IMG/VR virus record: IMGVR_UViG_3300012927_000093
Span: 1-62,268 of that record
Length of the DNA: 62,268 nucleotides
Source of the DNA: a virus
Taxonomy: Duplodnaviria > Caudoviricetes
Reading direction: 5' to 3' (one strand)
The translations under genes were made by a program, and so were the position numbers. Of this stretch, positions 9,388 through 17,628 are shown piece after piece. Below the pieces are notes generated by a model. It saw only the letters and a list, made by a program, of their open reading frames with translations. It did no database searches and had not been told where the DNA came from. How positions within the stretch are numbered: position 1 is the first letter of the stretch; every line of letters starts with the position of its first letter.

Positions 9388-10005
9388 TTAGGGGCCGGTC
9401 GGCTTGAGACTGATGAGCTTGGCGAAGACGATGGTCTGCTGCAGGTAGTTGTGCTGCGCGGTGTCCAGATCCCCCGGGCCGCAGGTGATGGCCACGAGTT
9501 CCGCGCCGTCCGCGTCGCCGTACACGGCTTTAGTGGGGAACGCCGACTTGGCGATGATCAGAACTTTGGACACCTTGAACGTCGCTGTCTGCGCATCGGA
9601 GCGCAGCACGGAGAGTTCGGCGCCCACCTTCACCTTCGCCAGGTCGGCGAAAGCGCCCTGCACGTGGTTGGCGTTGATGTGCCCGACGATCACCGCACGT
9701 TCTACTGCCTGCGGGTATTTTCCGACAGCACTGTCGCCGGGCACCGGACTTTGCCGGAACCAACCGATCATCCGGGGCGACGACAGCGGTGGCACACCGA
9801 GTGTGTGATCGGGGTTGAGATCGACCTGCATGGTCAGGTTGTCGTCCAACTCCAGGGACGGGATCTTGACCGAGGTGATCGTCACGCTCGACGTCACCGG
9901 CGGCGGCGCGGTTCCCGGCGAGGTCTCGTTCGGCGGCGCACTCGGCGCCGCTGGATGCGAACAGGCCGCCAGGATCAGGACGAAGACGACCAGTCCGGTC
10001 CGCAG
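9388..10005 (-). CDS. Class F sortase, lipoprotein-anchored (likely CTG start)
   Basis: IPSL, GWF...PG, VIVGH (His), F..L..VKVG, FPT..VYG, LVAITCG (Cys), NYL; signal (M)RTGLVVFVLILAAC. Confidence 0.88.
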   Translation of the reverse strand: MRTGLVVFVLILAACSHPAAPSAPPNETSPGTAPPPVTSSVTITSVKIPSLELDDNLTMQVDLNPDHTLGVPPLSSPRMIGWFRQSPVPGDSAVGKYPQAVERAVIVGHINANHVQGAFADLAKVKVGAELSVLRSDAQTATFKVSKVLIIAKSAFPTKAVYGDADGAELVAITCGPGDLDTAQHNYLQQTIVFAKLISLKPTGP

Positions 10006-10172
10006 GCCTCGGCTCTTGCTTTCACGAGGGCGGCGATGAGTTCTTGGACGGACTCCGCCGACAACAAGACTGAAGGGCCGTCCGTGCGGTTGGGTCCGCG
10101 CATGGTCACGAGAACGAGACCACCCACGGACCCAACCAGCACCGAACCGTTGCCGCCGTCGCGGGCCGGCAT
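9975..10172 (-). CDS. Hypothetical protein overlapping the sortase 5' end
   Basis: 65 aa ORF between the substrate and sortase genes. Confidence 0.5.
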   Translation of the reverse strand: MPARDGGNGSVLVGSVGGLVLVTMRGPNRTDGPSVLLSAESVQELIAALVKARAEACGPDWSSSS

Positions 10173-10183
10173 TGGTCACTAGC

Positions 10184-11215
10184 TCAGACGGCTCGGTTGT
10201 GCGCCAGCACGAACGCCGCGCTGTCGCCACCGGTCTGCACCGGACCCGACGGAACCGGACCACTGGCCACCGGAGCCGGCGACGCCAGCGGAGCCGGGTT
10301 GGCCGCCGCGTCGTTGCCACTCGGAGCCGGGGCCGGGTCCGCGTAGGCCACCGGCGCTTGCACGATGACGACGGGCGGGTTGGGGTCGTTGCAGATGGTG
10401 CGCAGCTGCCCCAGGGTCCGGTTCCAGTCACCGAAACGCTGACCGTCCAGGTTGCGTAGCCGCAGCCAGTCGTTGCGCTCCGACAAGCTCAGCAGGTCCA
10501 GGTTGGTGCCGTTGAAGCCCTGGTGCAGCTGGCCCAGGCGCAAACGCAGGCCGCCCCAGTCGCGGCGAACACCGTTCAGCTCGTCGCCGAAACGCTGTGC
10601 GTCGGCGCGGAAGGTGACGCACTGACCATCGTTGCTGACGCTGACGCCGCCGTTGCTACAGCCCTGGTGCAGCGCAAACCAACGGGCCTGCGGGTCTCCA
10701 CCAAGCAGGCGGAGAATCCCATCACGGTGTACGCCGTTGCGGAGCAGGAACGTGTTGTAGTCACCGTAACCGCAGGTATCCAAGGACAGGTTCTGGTCCA
10801 GCCACAACTGGTGGCCGAAGGTGCGCGGTCCACCCCACGGTCCACCCCACGGGAATCCCGGGTTGCCGCAACGGACGTTGTTTCCAGAGCAACCCACAAT
10901 CGGGCCAGGTGCGCAGTGGTCACCAACACGGTGAGTGCCAAGCGGGCAGAAGATCTGCGGGTCGTTGAGGTTGCCGCCAATGCCCAGGTGCACGCCAAGG
11001 TCGATCGAGTCAGAGCACGAGGTAGCCGCCGCGAGGATGGTGCACGGTGCCAGCTGGTGTCCGTTCGGCAGGGTCGGAATGCACGTGGCACCAGCGATAC
11101 CGGTGCATGAAACATCGTGACCCCTACTCGGAGCGGCCGAAGCCACCCCCGCAGTTACAACGAGACCGAGCACTACCGCCAGGGCGGCAAAGCCGGCGAC
11201 CAGCAGTCGTCGCAT
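10184..11215 (-). CDS. Secreted Cys-rich protein, candidate sortase F substrate
   Basis: Strong RBS AGGAGG, Sec signal (…VASA/AP), many Cys, Pro/Ala linker ending PVPSGPVQTGG. Confidence 0.75.
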   Translation of the reverse strand: MRRLLVAGFAALAVVLGLVVTAGVASAAPSRGHDVSCTGIAGATCIPTLPNGHQLAPCTILAAATSCSDSIDLGVHLGIGGNLNDPQIFCPLGTHRVGDHCAPGPIVGCSGNNVRCGNPGFPWGGPWGGPRTFGHQLWLDQNLSLDTCGYGDYNTFLLRNGVHRDGILRLLGGDPQARWFALHQGCSNGGVSVSNDGQCVTFRADAQRFGDELNGVRRDWGGLRLRLGQLHQGFNGTNLDLLSLSERNDWLRLRNLDGQRFGDWNRTLGQLRTICNDPNPPVVIVQAPVAYADPAPAPSGNDAAANPAPLASPAPVASGPVPSGPVQTGGDSAAFVLAHNRAV

Positions 11216-11328
11216 GATCTTTTAACCTCCTGTGTTGAACACACCCAGCCAGGGAGCGTTCAGGGCCCACCTCCAGGTATGGAGGCGGGAGTTCTAGGCC
11301 CTTAGCGGGCATTTAGGGGCGCGCTGTA

Positions 11329-11928
11329 TCAGCGCGGAGCGCGTGGACCACCGCGTGGCCAGGGTTGGGGCCACACCTCGCCGGGCGCGCCGGAGAAGCC
11401 GCCTAGGCCGGGCATGTCGTACTGCGGGTAGACCGGCACTGACTGCTGGATCGGGTGCGTGCGCAGATACGCCGCGACCGCGGCCTGGATCTGGGCCTGG
11501 GTCGGCGCCGGGGCTTTGAACATGTCCGGGTTGGCCGCGATGAACGCCTGGACCGCGGCCGCGATCTGGGCCTGGGTCGGGCCGACCGGCGCGGGGGTCG
11601 GCCGCTTCGCCAGCTCCTGCCGCACTAGCGCTTGCACTTGATCCTGGGTCACCGCATCCGGCGGCGGCCCATACGGAGTGGCCTTTACTCCCGCCGCCGC
11701 TTCGCACAGCCCAGCGGCGGCCAGCCGGGCGCCGACGTCGCCGCCTTGATTGCACAGCGCCAGGATCGGATCCGCGATGCCGTTGGCCTGGGCAACCGCG
11801 GCGTGCTTCTCGTCGTCCTGGTGGCGGCTGACGGAGATGGAGATCCAGGTGGTAGCCGCTACGGCGATAGCAACGAGGACGACGAATACACCACTCCGCG
11901 CGGGCCGCCGCGGCCGGTGCTGCCCCAT
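11329..11928 (-). CDS. Membrane-anchored Pro/Gln-rich protein
   Basis: N-terminal TM; repeated PTQAQIxAAVxA motif. Confidence 0.7.
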   Translation of the reverse strand: MGQHRPRRPARSGVFVVLVAIAVAATTWISISVSRHQDDEKHAAVAQANGIADPILALCNQGGDVGARLAAAGLCEAAAGVKATPYGPPPDAVTQDQVQALVRQELAKRPTPAPVGPTQAQIAAAVQAFIAANPDMFKAPAPTQAQIQAAVAAYLRTHPIQQSVPVYPQYDMPGLGGFSGAPGEVWPQPWPRGGPRAPR

Positions 11929-12353
11929 TACTTAGATGGGGGCGGTTGTTGCGTGGTGGGTGTCGGCTTCGGCACCAGCGGCGTCGTGCACGCCAGATGC
12001 GTGTAGCTGGCCCGGAACTGGGAGAAAATCTGCTCGTAGGTCTGGCGGTCCACCCCGGGCGCCCGAGTGATCGGGTTGTAGGAGCCGAGGAACGCACTGT
12101 AGAGCGGGCACAGCACTTCCGCACGGGTGTCATCCAACGCCGCCGAGGTCTGAGCTTGGCTGTTCCACAGAAACAGCAGCCCTACGGTGAGGGACACGTC
12201 CAGGATGACGGCCAGCACGATGCCGAAGGTGCGCCGCTCCGACTTCTCGGCCCGAGTGACTAGCGCGGCCACGGAGTCGCGTAGGCCGTTGACTACCTCG
12301 GTGAGCGACGTGGCGACCGCCAGTAGTTCACGGTTGCTGTCTGATTCGCTCAC
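11928..12353 (-). CDS. Membrane protein (coiled coil + TM + extracellular Cys pair)
   Basis: GTGA overlap start; a single TM FGIVLAVILDVSLTVGLLFLW. Confidence 0.65.
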   Translation of the reverse strand: MSESDSNRELLAVATSLTEVVNGLRDSVAALVTRAEKSERRTFGIVLAVILDVSLTVGLLFLWNSQAQTSAALDDTRAEVLCPLYSAFLGSYNPITRAPGVDRQTYEQIFSQFRASYTHLACTTPLVPKPTPTTQQPPPSK

Positions 12354-12520
12354 TCCGACTCCCCCGCTTCCTGCTCGTGTTCGATCTGCTTGGTTCGTTC
12401 GTTGAGCAGAACCGCGTACCGCTCGAGCTTTTTCACCGCCGCGTCCAACTCTTGAATTACGTCCTTGGACTCGACCAGCAGGCGGTCCATCTTCGGGGTG
12501 GGGCGCCACAGCGGACTCAC
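12350..12520 (-). CDS. Small coiled-coil protein (not in ORF track)
   Basis: MSPLWRPTPKMDRLLVESKDVIQELDAAV..., 56 aa, GTGA overlaps at both ends. Confidence 0.6.
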   Translation of the reverse strand: MSPLWRPTPKMDRLLVESKDVIQELDAAVKKLERYAVLLNERTKQIEHEQEAGESE

Positions 12521-12792
12521 GGGTCATCACCGCCGCGACGGGTGGCACGCAGGAACGACGCCAGCGCATCGGTCATTCGAGTCATGACCGGGATGACCTG
12601 CTGCTGGAACATCTCGTTCTGCTTACGTAGCTCGCCCTCAAGGGTGTCGTTGCGTTCGCGTTCGCGCTTGAGGTTGTCGCGGGCGTCCTTGTACATCACC
12701 CACGCCCACCACAGCGCGATCGCCGCCAGAGCGCCGCCGGGCCCGTACTGCAGCAGCACCGAAGACGGGTCGGTGGCGTCGGCGAGGGTCAC
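12517..12792 (-). CDS. Small membrane protein (holin/lysis-accessory-like)
   Basis: QYGPGGALAAIALWWAWVMY TM followed by a coiled coil. Confidence 0.6.
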   Translation of the reverse strand: MTLADATDPSSVLLQYGPGGALAAIALWWAWVMYKDARDNLKRERERNDTLEGELRKQNEMFQQQVIPVMTRMTDALASFLRATRRGGDDP

Positions 12793-13094
12793 GGAAGGAC
12801 GATGGGAGGGCTAGGCGTGTTGTGCTTGGCCATCACCAGCACGGTGTTGCCAGACACGAACGCCCACGCGGTGTCGCCGGCCTTGGGCACGTAGTGCGGT
12901 GCGTAGGTGGCATCGGGCACTACGCCGGTGGGCAGGTTGATAGAGCAGGTGTTCGCTGATGGAGTGACCGAGTTGACGGTGATTTGGCGCATTTCGACCT
13001 TGGGCTGCGGAGGCACCCGGGTCACCATCTGCCGGCCCTGGGAAATGTAGGTTCGGGCCAGGTCGGCAACCGACGGGTCTTCGATCGGGGGCAT
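12789..13094 (-). CDS. Minor tail protein
   Basis: YVPKAGDTAWAFVSGNTVLVM OB-like motif downstream of the tail hub gene. Confidence 0.6.
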   Translation of the reverse strand: MPPIEDPSVADLARTYISQGRQMVTRVPPQPKVEMRQITVNSVTPSANTCSINLPTGVVPDATYAPHYVPKAGDTAWAFVSGNTVLVMAKHNTPSPPIVLP

Positions 13095-13102
13095 CGTGGC
13101 TC

Positions 13103-15109
13103 CTATCCCTGTGCGGCGGACTGGCGGTAGCAGACCAGCACTTGGGCCTGCGCCTGGCCGATCGGCGTCGACATCGAGTTAATCTTGAATGTGCCCTGGA
13201 TGATCTGCTGGCCGTTGTAGGTACGAGTCACGGTGATCACGTCGCCGGGCTCCAGGGCCGGGTTCGGCACCATCGTGATCTGCACGGTCTCCGAGGCGCC
13301 CTTGACCACCAGCAGCAACGCATCGGCCGCTTGCTGCGCCTGCGCCGTCGTGGTGATCATGGCGCTGATGAATGTCGTGGTCACGATGTTGTACGGACCG
13401 AGGTAGTACGTCGGCGAGCTCGGGTCCGCATCGAACGCGACCGCCGAAACGGGCACCGTGTTCGACGTCGACTCGCCGCTGACGATCACATAGTTGTAGG
13501 TCGTCGAGTCCGAGATCGACCGGGTATAGGACACCATCACCGGGTTAGCCGCGTCACTGACCGTCCACACCGACGGGGTCAGCGCCGGGTCGGCGACGGG
13601 CTTGACCTTGAACGTGCCGAGGGGGTCGAAGTACGCCCGGGACCCGATCGCGGTGCCCATGTCCTGGATGTCCTGCCATGGGTCCGCGCCCTGGCTGGTG
13701 CCGAACAGTAGCCGCTCCGCTGTCACCTCAGTGGATGCCACGTCCGAGGTGATGCCCGGTAGTCGGTTCTGCGCGATCTCCAACATCGCGGTGGCGTAGT
13801 TCGTGTTCGTCGGAACGTAGAAGATGCTGGTCCAGGTGTTCCGAGAGATCGCGTAAGACAGGTCGATCCCGGACACCACCAGCGACAACCCGCCACCGGT
13901 GGAGCTGCCACCGGAACCGGTGACACCGTTGCCTCCGCCACCACCGCCTGAGCTGCCGGTGCCGGATGGGCCGCCGGTCTCGGTGATGTCCACCTGTGTA
14001 ATCAGGAAGGTGCCGAGGGCGACCAGCTCGTTATAGGAAGTGTCCTCGGCGACGTCGGTTCGCAGCGTCATGAAGAACGGGCTCGTGTCGGTCGCCAGAA
14101 GCCGCGTCATGGTGGCCCTGGTCAGCACAACTGGGGTGGTCGCATCTCCGCGCAGCAGACCGGGCACAGCTCCGCCGTTGATAGCGGTCTGCCAGCTCAC
14201 GCCGCCGTCCAGGCTCGTCTCGACCAGCACCGCCGAGCCGGCGGCGGGTGTGGAGGCCGACCAGCTGACCCGCGAAGCGCTGACCGGGTTGTTGGTGAGG
14301 TACACCGGCGGCCGGATCGATACCGCCAGCAGCGGGTTGTAGACCTCGAGCGCGGTGTCGGTCTCAAGCGCTGGCGTGATGATGTTGGTCATGCTCGGCA
14401 GCAGCGCCGAGGTGACCGCGACGCCGGCGTCAGTCTCTAGCGCGGGGGTCAGTGTCGATGCAATGTCCGGAGCCTGCTGGATGGACATTGAGCAGGCCAC
14501 CCAGCCGGATGCTGAGACAGATTCCGGGGTGGGGATCGTCCCAGAGGAGCCCGAAGAGGTGAAGCTCTTGCCGGAAAACCCGAGCGCCCAAGTGTTGGTG
14601 CCCGTTGTTCCGACCGCGCTCCCTAGCGACAGGTAGCCGGGAGCGGTGCCCACCGACTGATTCACTGAAGTGAAAGACCCTGTGGTGTAGACCAGGACCG
14701 CGCCGCCGGCTGTCACGGTAACGCTTGGGGCGGTCGCGGTCACCCCTGAGCCGTTGCCAGTAGAGATGGCGATGGTCTGGCCCAGGTTGGCATTGCGAAT
14801 GGTGATAGCCCAGTACCAGGCCACGGGCGGAGCGCCAGCGAGCGTCAGCGTGCCGTCGACCGAGGTTGAGGTCAGTACCTGCCGGAACACGCCTATCCGC
14901 GTGGTCTGCGCGGTGATGTCGCTATCTACGGGCTTGGTCCACCCAGGGAACGAGCTGAACGAGTTGGTGTCGGCGATCATGACCATGACGATGCGCAGGT
15001 CACCCGGCTCAAAATTGGAGCCAACTGTCAGCGGAACCGTCACGGCAGTGTTGCCCGTGTCGGCCGTCATGACCGTTTCTATATCAAGGAACTGAAGCGG
15101 GCTAGCCAC
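13103..15109 (-). CDS. Minor tail protein: adhesin-like N half + C-terminal part of a DUF5047-type tail hub
   Basis: ELVALGTFLIT...SGIDLS...DPWQDIQ...YFDPLG...YNYVIVSGE...PNPALEPGDVI. Confidence 0.75.
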   Translation of the reverse strand: MASPLQFLDIETVMTADTGNTAVTVPLTVGSNFEPGDLRIVMVMIADTNSFSSFPGWTKPVDSDITAQTTRIGVFRQVLTSTSVDGTLTLAGAPPVAWYWAITIRNANLGQTIAISTGNGSGVTATAPSVTVTAGGAVLVYTTGSFTSVNQSVGTAPGYLSLGSAVGTTGTNTWALGFSGKSFTSSGSSGTIPTPESVSASGWVACSMSIQQAPDIASTLTPALETDAGVAVTSALLPSMTNIITPALETDTALEVYNPLLAVSIRPPVYLTNNPVSASRVSWSASTPAAGSAVLVETSLDGGVSWQTAINGGAVPGLLRGDATTPVVLTRATMTRLLATDTSPFFMTLRTDVAEDTSYNELVALGTFLITQVDITETGGPSGTGSSGGGGGGNGVTGSGGSSTGGGLSLVVSGIDLSYAISRNTWTSIFYVPTNTNYATAMLEIAQNRLPGITSDVASTEVTAERLLFGTSQGADPWQDIQDMGTAIGSRAYFDPLGTFKVKPVADPALTPSVWTVSDAANPVMVSYTRSISDSTTYNYVIVSGESTSNTVPVSAVAFDADPSSPTYYLGPYNIVTTTFISAMITTTAQAQQAADALLLVVKGASETVQITMVPNPALEPGDVITVTRTYNGQQIIQGTFKINSMSTPIGQAQAQVLVCYRQSAAQG

Positions 15110-15112
15110 AAT

Positions 15113-15574
15113 CTAGCTCGCGGTGGCGACGGCGATGCCGGTACTGATGGTGACGTTATAGTCCTGCCCGTTAGTGGTCACCGATACGTCACAGTTGAAC
15201 AGCGGAATGGTCTGGGAGTCGGTAGCCCCCGACGTGGGCTGGTAGCAGATCAGGAACTTCGCCAGCGTGTTGTTCGTGGCCCCGCCCGCGGACAGCCAGC
15301 TCACATTGGCGATAGACACGGTGTTCTTGTGGTTCGTCGTGTCCGGAGTGACGGTGATGCCCGACGTGATGATCTTCCGGGCGTAGTTGGTAAACGTCGC
15401 CTCAAGGCTGCCGCCAGCCAGCAGCGACGACAACGATGTGTAGTTTCGCAAGGTCGCGTCGGCCTGCAAGCTCGCCGACTGCAGCAGCACAATGGCGAGT
15501 CGATCCGTGCCCAGGGCTAGATCGCAGTACCGGACGCCTCGACCAGTAGCGCCGGTGAACCAGAAGTTCGCCAT
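15113..15574 (-). CDS. Minor tail protein
   Basis: EATFTNYARK...W.SAGG..NNTL motif common in actinophage tail modules. Confidence 0.65.
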   Translation of the reverse strand: MANFWFTGATGRGVRYCDLALGTDRLAIVLLQSASLQADATLRNYTSLSSLLAGGSLEATFTNYARKIITSGITVTPDTTNHKNTVSIANVSWLSAGGATNNTLAKFLICYQPTSGATDSQTIPLFNCDVSVTTNGQDYNVTISTGIAVATAS

Positions 15575-15577
15575 CGG

Positions 15578-15958
15578 TCAGGGTCCAATCCGGAGATAGC
15601 CAGTAGTTCCGTCAGCAACCGCGCCGATATTCGTGCCCTGCGCGAAACCACCGTTCGCCCCGGTGTCGAGTTGCGTGATGGTCTGTGAACCGGGGATGCG
15701 CACCCCGCGCTTGACCTGCATGCGCGTGCCGAACGGGGCCAGGACCGAAGCCATGTCGACCGGGGTCAGCGTGCCGGTCGGGTCAGCAACCGAAATGGTG
15801 CACGACGACATCTGCGCGGCCGTGGCGTCCGAGGTGACTTGGCCGTCGAAGCCCTCAAGCTGCAGTACGACTTTGCCGTTCTGGATGATGTCGACTTCCG
15901 AGACAGACTCGTGCGTGGTCTGCACGAGCTGCTGGAATGCGTCGGAGGTGCCTTGCAC
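15578..15958 (-). CDS. N-terminal part of the DUF5047-type tail hub protein
   Basis: RBS AGGAGG + GTG; DGQVTSDATAA...CTISVADP...LAPFGTRMQVKRGV. Confidence 0.7.
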   Translation of the reverse strand: MQGTSDAFQQLVQTTHESVSEVDIIQNGKVVLQLEGFDGQVTSDATAAQMSSCTISVADPTGTLTPVDMASVLAPFGTRMQVKRGVRIPGSQTITQLDTGANGGFAQGTNIGAVADGTTGYLRIGP

Positions 15959-15966
15959 AATGCCTC

Positions 15967-17628
15967 CTAGGAAGTGATCGGGGGAGCGTCCACTTCCGTG
16001 TAAGAAATAGTCATGATCCGGTACTTGGTTTTCGTTCCCGACGGATGGAGATCCCATGTGTAAGCGGCATCCGAGCCGATCGCCCCAGGGCCGAACGAGA
16101 CGTAGTGCTGCCTGCCGGTCGGGTACATGAACAGCAGAATCTGGTTCGCTCCGTCGATGGCCTCGAACGCGTTGAACGCGCCAGCGAAGCGGCCCTCGTC
16201 GAACACCAGCGTCAAAGTGCCGTTGCGCCCGTAGTACGGGCCCATCACCTTGACCTGGTTCACGTGGTTCTGCCCGACCGGCGGCTGCGCGATTACGTCG
16301 AACGTGCCCTCTGACCGCCGCTTGACCACCTGGTCACCGAGGTAGGCGACGGGCAGCTTGCAGTTCATCAGCGGGTTGAGCGGGTTGACCAGGAAGAACC
16401 CGTTGCGGGTCGGCGTGACGTCGATGGTGTTCGACCACGCCGACGCTGGCACCGCAACCCCGGAGACCGTGTCGTAGGCCAGCACCCGGTAACGGGATGC
16501 GATGTTCGACGGCGCCTCGTAGTCGTAGGCGGTGATCGTCGACATGCCGGACGCCGCGACCTGCGCGTAGCCCCGCACTGGACCCCATGCCAGGTGAGCC
16601 GGGTCGCGGGACACCTGAAGTGCAAATGACGTCGTCACCGGCGAGCTAGAAGACGGGGCGAAGGTGGTGATCACCCAGTTGTTGACCGAGTCGAACACCG
16701 CCGTGAGCAGCGACGCGACCGGAGCGCCAGACATGCCCTGAGTCCACGTGGTCGAGGCCGCCGCCGAGGTGAACGTGCCGAGACCGGCCCAGGACTGCTG
16801 CACCTGCACGTACGCCGACCACGACCCGTTGGTGAGATCGACATCGGCGGTCCACTGCTGGATCTCCGAAAAGATCCAGCCCTGCGTCGAGTCCGTCGGG
16901 GTGGACACGAACGGCGCGAACCCGACCGCCGCGACCTGAGCGGCGGAATAGATCGCCACCTGGAACGCCTGCTGCGCATCGGACTGGGTGTTGGAATACA
17001 CCCAGGTCACCGTCGGGCGCGCGGTCGTGGTGATGGTGCCGGTCGGGCCGGTAACGCTCAGCGTCGACTGCACGGAATACGTCACGGTGACGTACAGCTC
17101 GGAGATCCGCGACGGGTTGCCGGCCAGGTCATCACGCCCGACGGGCAGCGTGAAGTTCGTGAATGACGCCGTCGTCCAGGGGTTGCCGAAAGGGTCGGTG
17201 ACCTGGGTCGGCAGGTTCTGGATCGTGTAGGTCGCCGTCACCGGCTGCTGCGGCACGGTCCAGCCGAACAGGAACTCCAGGAACCCCAGCACGATCGTCG
17301 TGATGATGTTCTGGGGCCTCGAGCAGCGGAACCAGCCACAGTGCACCGGCTGCGGAGCCGGGGACACCGTCTGCAGCACCCGCACCTGCGCGCCGACGGA
17401 GAAGATCTGCGCCCCCGCCGGGATCGACGGGGCGGCGAACCCCACCTCCACCCGAGACGATGGAGTGCGGCACCGGCTGGTGAACTGCACATAGCTGGTG
17501 TCGACGTTGTCCGACCACGCCGTGTGCACCGCACCCGCGCCAACCAGCGTGATGCCGCCGCTGACGCCCTGCACCGTCGAGTTCGGGCGCATCACGATCG
17601 TCTGATAGCTGGGGGGCGGTGAGGTCAT
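15967..17628 (-). CDS. Distal tail/minor tail protein
   Basis: Immediately follows the tape measure; DYEAP...YRV FN3-like motif and Dit-like C-terminus. Confidence 0.75.
   Translation of the reverse strand: MTSPPPSYQTIVMRPNSTVQGVSGGITLVGAGAVHTAWSDNVDTSYVQFTSRCRTPSSRVEVGFAAPSIPAGAQIFSVGAQVRVLQTVSPAPQPVHCGWFRCSRPQNIITTIVLGFLEFLFGWTVPQQPVTATYTIQNLPTQVTDPFGNPWTTASFTNFTLPVGRDDLAGNPSRISELYVTVTYSVQSTLSVTGPTGTITTTARPTVTWVYSNTQSDAQQAFQVAIYSAAQVAAVGFAPFVSTPTDSTQGWIFSEIQQWTADVDLTNGSWSAYVQVQQSWAGLGTFTSAAASTTWTQGMSGAPVASLLTAVFDSVNNWVITTFAPSSSSPVTTSFALQVSRDPAHLAWGPVRGYAQVAASGMSTITAYDYEAPSNIASRYRVLAYDTVSGVAVPASAWSNTIDVTPTRNGFFLVNPLNPLMNCKLPVAYLGDQVVKRRSEGTFDVIAQPPVGQNHVNQVKVMGPYYGRNGTLTLVFDEGRFAGAFNAFEAIDGANQILLFMYPTGRQHYVSFGPGAIGSDAAYTWDLHPSGTKTKYRIMTISYTEVDAPPITS

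Noticed and set aside
10006-10431. Arg-rich N-terminal extension of the sortase in the ORF track
   Set aside because: Overlaps two better-supported genes and precedes an otherwise ideal lipoprotein signal; probably not translated
11216-11328. Possible riboswitch upstream of the sortase substrate
   Set aside because: Contains a hairpin (CCCGCCTCCA/TGGAGGTGGG) but none of the c-di-AMP or other riboswitch consensus elements I can recognise
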